Origin: Acetofilamentum sp.
GTDB taxonomy: Bacteria > Bacteroidota > Bacteroidia > Bacteroidales > JAFGXI01
Length of the DNA stretch: 32,041 bases
Direction of reading: 5' to 3'
Assembly: GCA_020720565.1 (NCBI GenBank)
Contig: DYOK01000006.1
Coordinates: 1 to 32,041, forward strand
Positions 30,458-32,041 of the stretch are shown here, one piece after another. Within the stretch, counting starts at the first letter, position 1; each line of letters begins with the position of its first letter. The notes under the pieces were generated by a model. It was not told the origin of the DNA, made no database searches, and saw only the letters and a program-made list of their open reading frames with translations. Made by a program: the position numbers and the translations under genes.

Positions 30458-30708
30458 ATTATCAATTTTCTATTATGAATTAAAGATTAAAGATTTAAAA
30501 TTAAAGATTAAGAATTAATAATGAATCAACAAAAGAATTACCCTGCAACATTAAACCTGAAACCTTCAACAAATCGATCTACAAGAGGTAGATTTATCGA
30601 CCGAAGGTAGACCAGCAAATCAACAAACTAATCACGACAAACTTTTAACTTGAAACTTTAAACAAAACAACAAACCGCACTCAATTCCCCATTCGGGGGT
30701 CAGGGGGC
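30458..30708. repeat. Mosaic of degenerate heptamer tandem repeats, GTAG hairpins and a C/G-run palindrome
   Basis: Nine consecutive ATTnnnn heptamers 30458-30520; nAACnnn heptamers 30546-30573 and 30639-30666; ATCTAC-AAGAG-GTAGAT 30577-30593; TCCCCATTCGGGGGTCAGGGGGC 30686-30708. Confidence 0.75.
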
Positions 30709-30721
30709 TAAATACAAACAG

Positions 30722-31807
30722 ATGAAAAAGATTATTAGAATTTCGGGAATTGCATTGTTCTTTATTACAGTTATTTATACCATTTACTACTTATACCAAA
30801 AAGACCAAAAGTCGCCGATAAAATACGAATTGGTAAATGTTGAAAAAAACGTAATCACTAAAAGAACTGTGGCTACAGGATCGGTGGTGCCAAGAAAAGA
30901 AATCGAAATTAAGCCTAAGATTTCGGGAATTGTCGAAGTGCTCTATGTGCAACCCGGCGACTTGGTTAAAGCAGGCGATTTAATTGCTAAAGTAAGGGTA
31001 ATCCCTAATATGCTCAGTTTGAACGAAGCCGAGTCGAGACTCAATCGTGCAAAGCTCAGTTTAAAAGAAGTTGAACTCGAATTCAACAGAAAAAAACTGC
31101 TTTACGACCAAAAAGTAATTGCAAAAGCCGAATTTGAAACCATCGAACTCAAATTAGACAACACCAAAGAAGAATTAAGTACTTCGGAATCGAACTTACA
31201 ATTGGTAAAAGAAGGTGTCGCTAAAAGTCAAGGTGCAATTACCAACACGCTAATTCGTTCGACCATAACCGGAATGGTTTTGCAAGTGCCTATCGAAGAG
31301 GGAAATTCAATAATTGAAAGTAATAACTTTAACGACGGAACAACTATTGCGACAGTGGCCAACATGAGCGAAATGATATTTAAAGGCAAAATCGACGAAT
31401 CGGAAGTCGGAAAACTAAAAATTGGCATGGATCTTATTTTGCGTATTGGTGCACTCGAAGGCCACGATATCGAGGCCAAATTAGAATACATCTCGCCCAA
31501 AGGGGTTCAAGAAAACGGTGCGATACAGTTCGAAATTAAAGCAGCCGTAAAATTGACCGATGCTGCATTTATTCGGGCAGGATACTCGGCCAACGCCGAC
31601 ATTGTACTGGCTAAAACCGACAGCGTTTTGGTAATTCCTGAGCGTCTTTTGATTATCGAAAATGGAAAAAATTATGTCGAAATCGAAATCAAACCACAAG
31701 TTTTCGAACGAAAAGAAATTCAAACGGGCCTATCGGATGGCATATCGGTTGAAATTAAATCGGGCTTACAGCTTAACGACAAACTCAAAGGTAAAAGCTT
31801 AGAATAG
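30722..31807 (+). CDS. Efflux periplasmic adaptor subunit (MacA/HlyD family)
   Basis: N-terminal TM anchor, lipoyl halves (IKPKISGIVEVLYVQPGD; IRSTITGMV), coiled coil, IDESEVGKLKIG. Confidence 0.93.
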   Translation: MKKIIRISGIALFFITVIYTIYYLYQKDQKSPIKYELVNVEKNVITKRTVATGSVVPRKEIEIKPKISGIVEVLYVQPGDLVKAGDLIAKVRVIPNMLSLNEAESRLNRAKLSLKEVELEFNRKKLLYDQKVIAKAEFETIELKLDNTKEELSTSESNLQLVKEGVAKSQGAITNTLIRSTITGMVLQVPIEEGNSIIESNNFNDGTTIATVANMSEMIFKGKIDESEVGKLKIGMDLILRIGALEGHDIEAKLEYISPKGVQENGAIQFEIKAAVKLTDAAFIRAGYSANADIVLAKTDSVLVIPERLLIIENGKNYVEIEIKPQVFERKEIQTGLSDGISVEIKSGLQLNDKLKGKSLE

Positions 31808-31833
31808 GGCTGTTGACTGTATTAATGAATTAA

Positions 31834-31967
31834 CGGGAGTTCTAAAAATTGCTTTTTCTCCGTTGGACTTCAGAATTTATAAACGTAGCAAGCTACACGC
31901 AGGTGGAGATTCAAAAGAGCAAAATTTTCAAGTTAAAACTAATGAACTTAATAATTCAGAACTCCCC
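31834..31967. mobile_element. MITE-like non-autonomous element (134 bp)
   Basis: Terminal inverted repeats GGGAGTTCT (31835-31843) / AGAACTCCC (31958-31966), TTAA on both flanks (31830-31833, 31968-31971), central palindrome GTAGC-AA-GCTAC; no ORF. Confidence 0.6.
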
Positions 31968-32041
31968 TTAACACATAACTCCCTATTGGGTTTGTGCCTT
32001 TGTTAGCACCTGGACTTTTATTTACCTTGAAAGTTGATAAT

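Noticed and set aside
27187-31807. ABC/MacAB cluster as the lasso peptide exporter
   Set aside because: It is separated from B1/B2 by tRNA-His, rlmH and a kinase, has its own candidate promoter, and is a common stand-alone Bacteroidota efflux operon.

Overview
This AT-rich window looks like Bacteroidota (Bacteroidia-like), judged from TAnnTTTG promoters, DUF3467 behind rpoC and protein similarity. The left half (minus strand) is the conserved tRNA(Thr-Tyr-Gly-Thr)-tuf-tRNA(Trp)-secE-nusG-rplK-rplA-rplJ-rplL-rpoB-rpoC-DUF3467 superoperon. The right half (mostly plus strand) carries padR-pspC-like genes, lepA, a SatD/DUF3307 pair, rdgB, an orphan lasso-peptide-type B1/B2 pair, a hypothetical protein, tRNA-His, rlmH, a very large membrane histidine kinase and a MacAB-type ABC efflux cluster. 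Six accessory signals stand out. (1) A solitary integron-like gene cassette (280-1115) encoding a beta-barrel protein has matching 15-bp core ends and an attC-like hairpin, and appears inserted at a non-canonical G|AT site just behind a promoter with no integrase in view. (2) A five-copy 28-bp palindromic tandem array abuts a translationally coupled nucleotide-cyclase-like/HTH (SatD) plus membrane His-motif (DUF3307) module. (3) The lasso B1/B2 genes have no cyclase or precursor nearby. (4) There is a candidate ~125-nt sRNA. (5) There is a 134-bp MITE-like element. (6) Two intergenic regions are mosaics of heptamer and GTAG repeats. All calls come from reading the sequence by eye; no searches were run.
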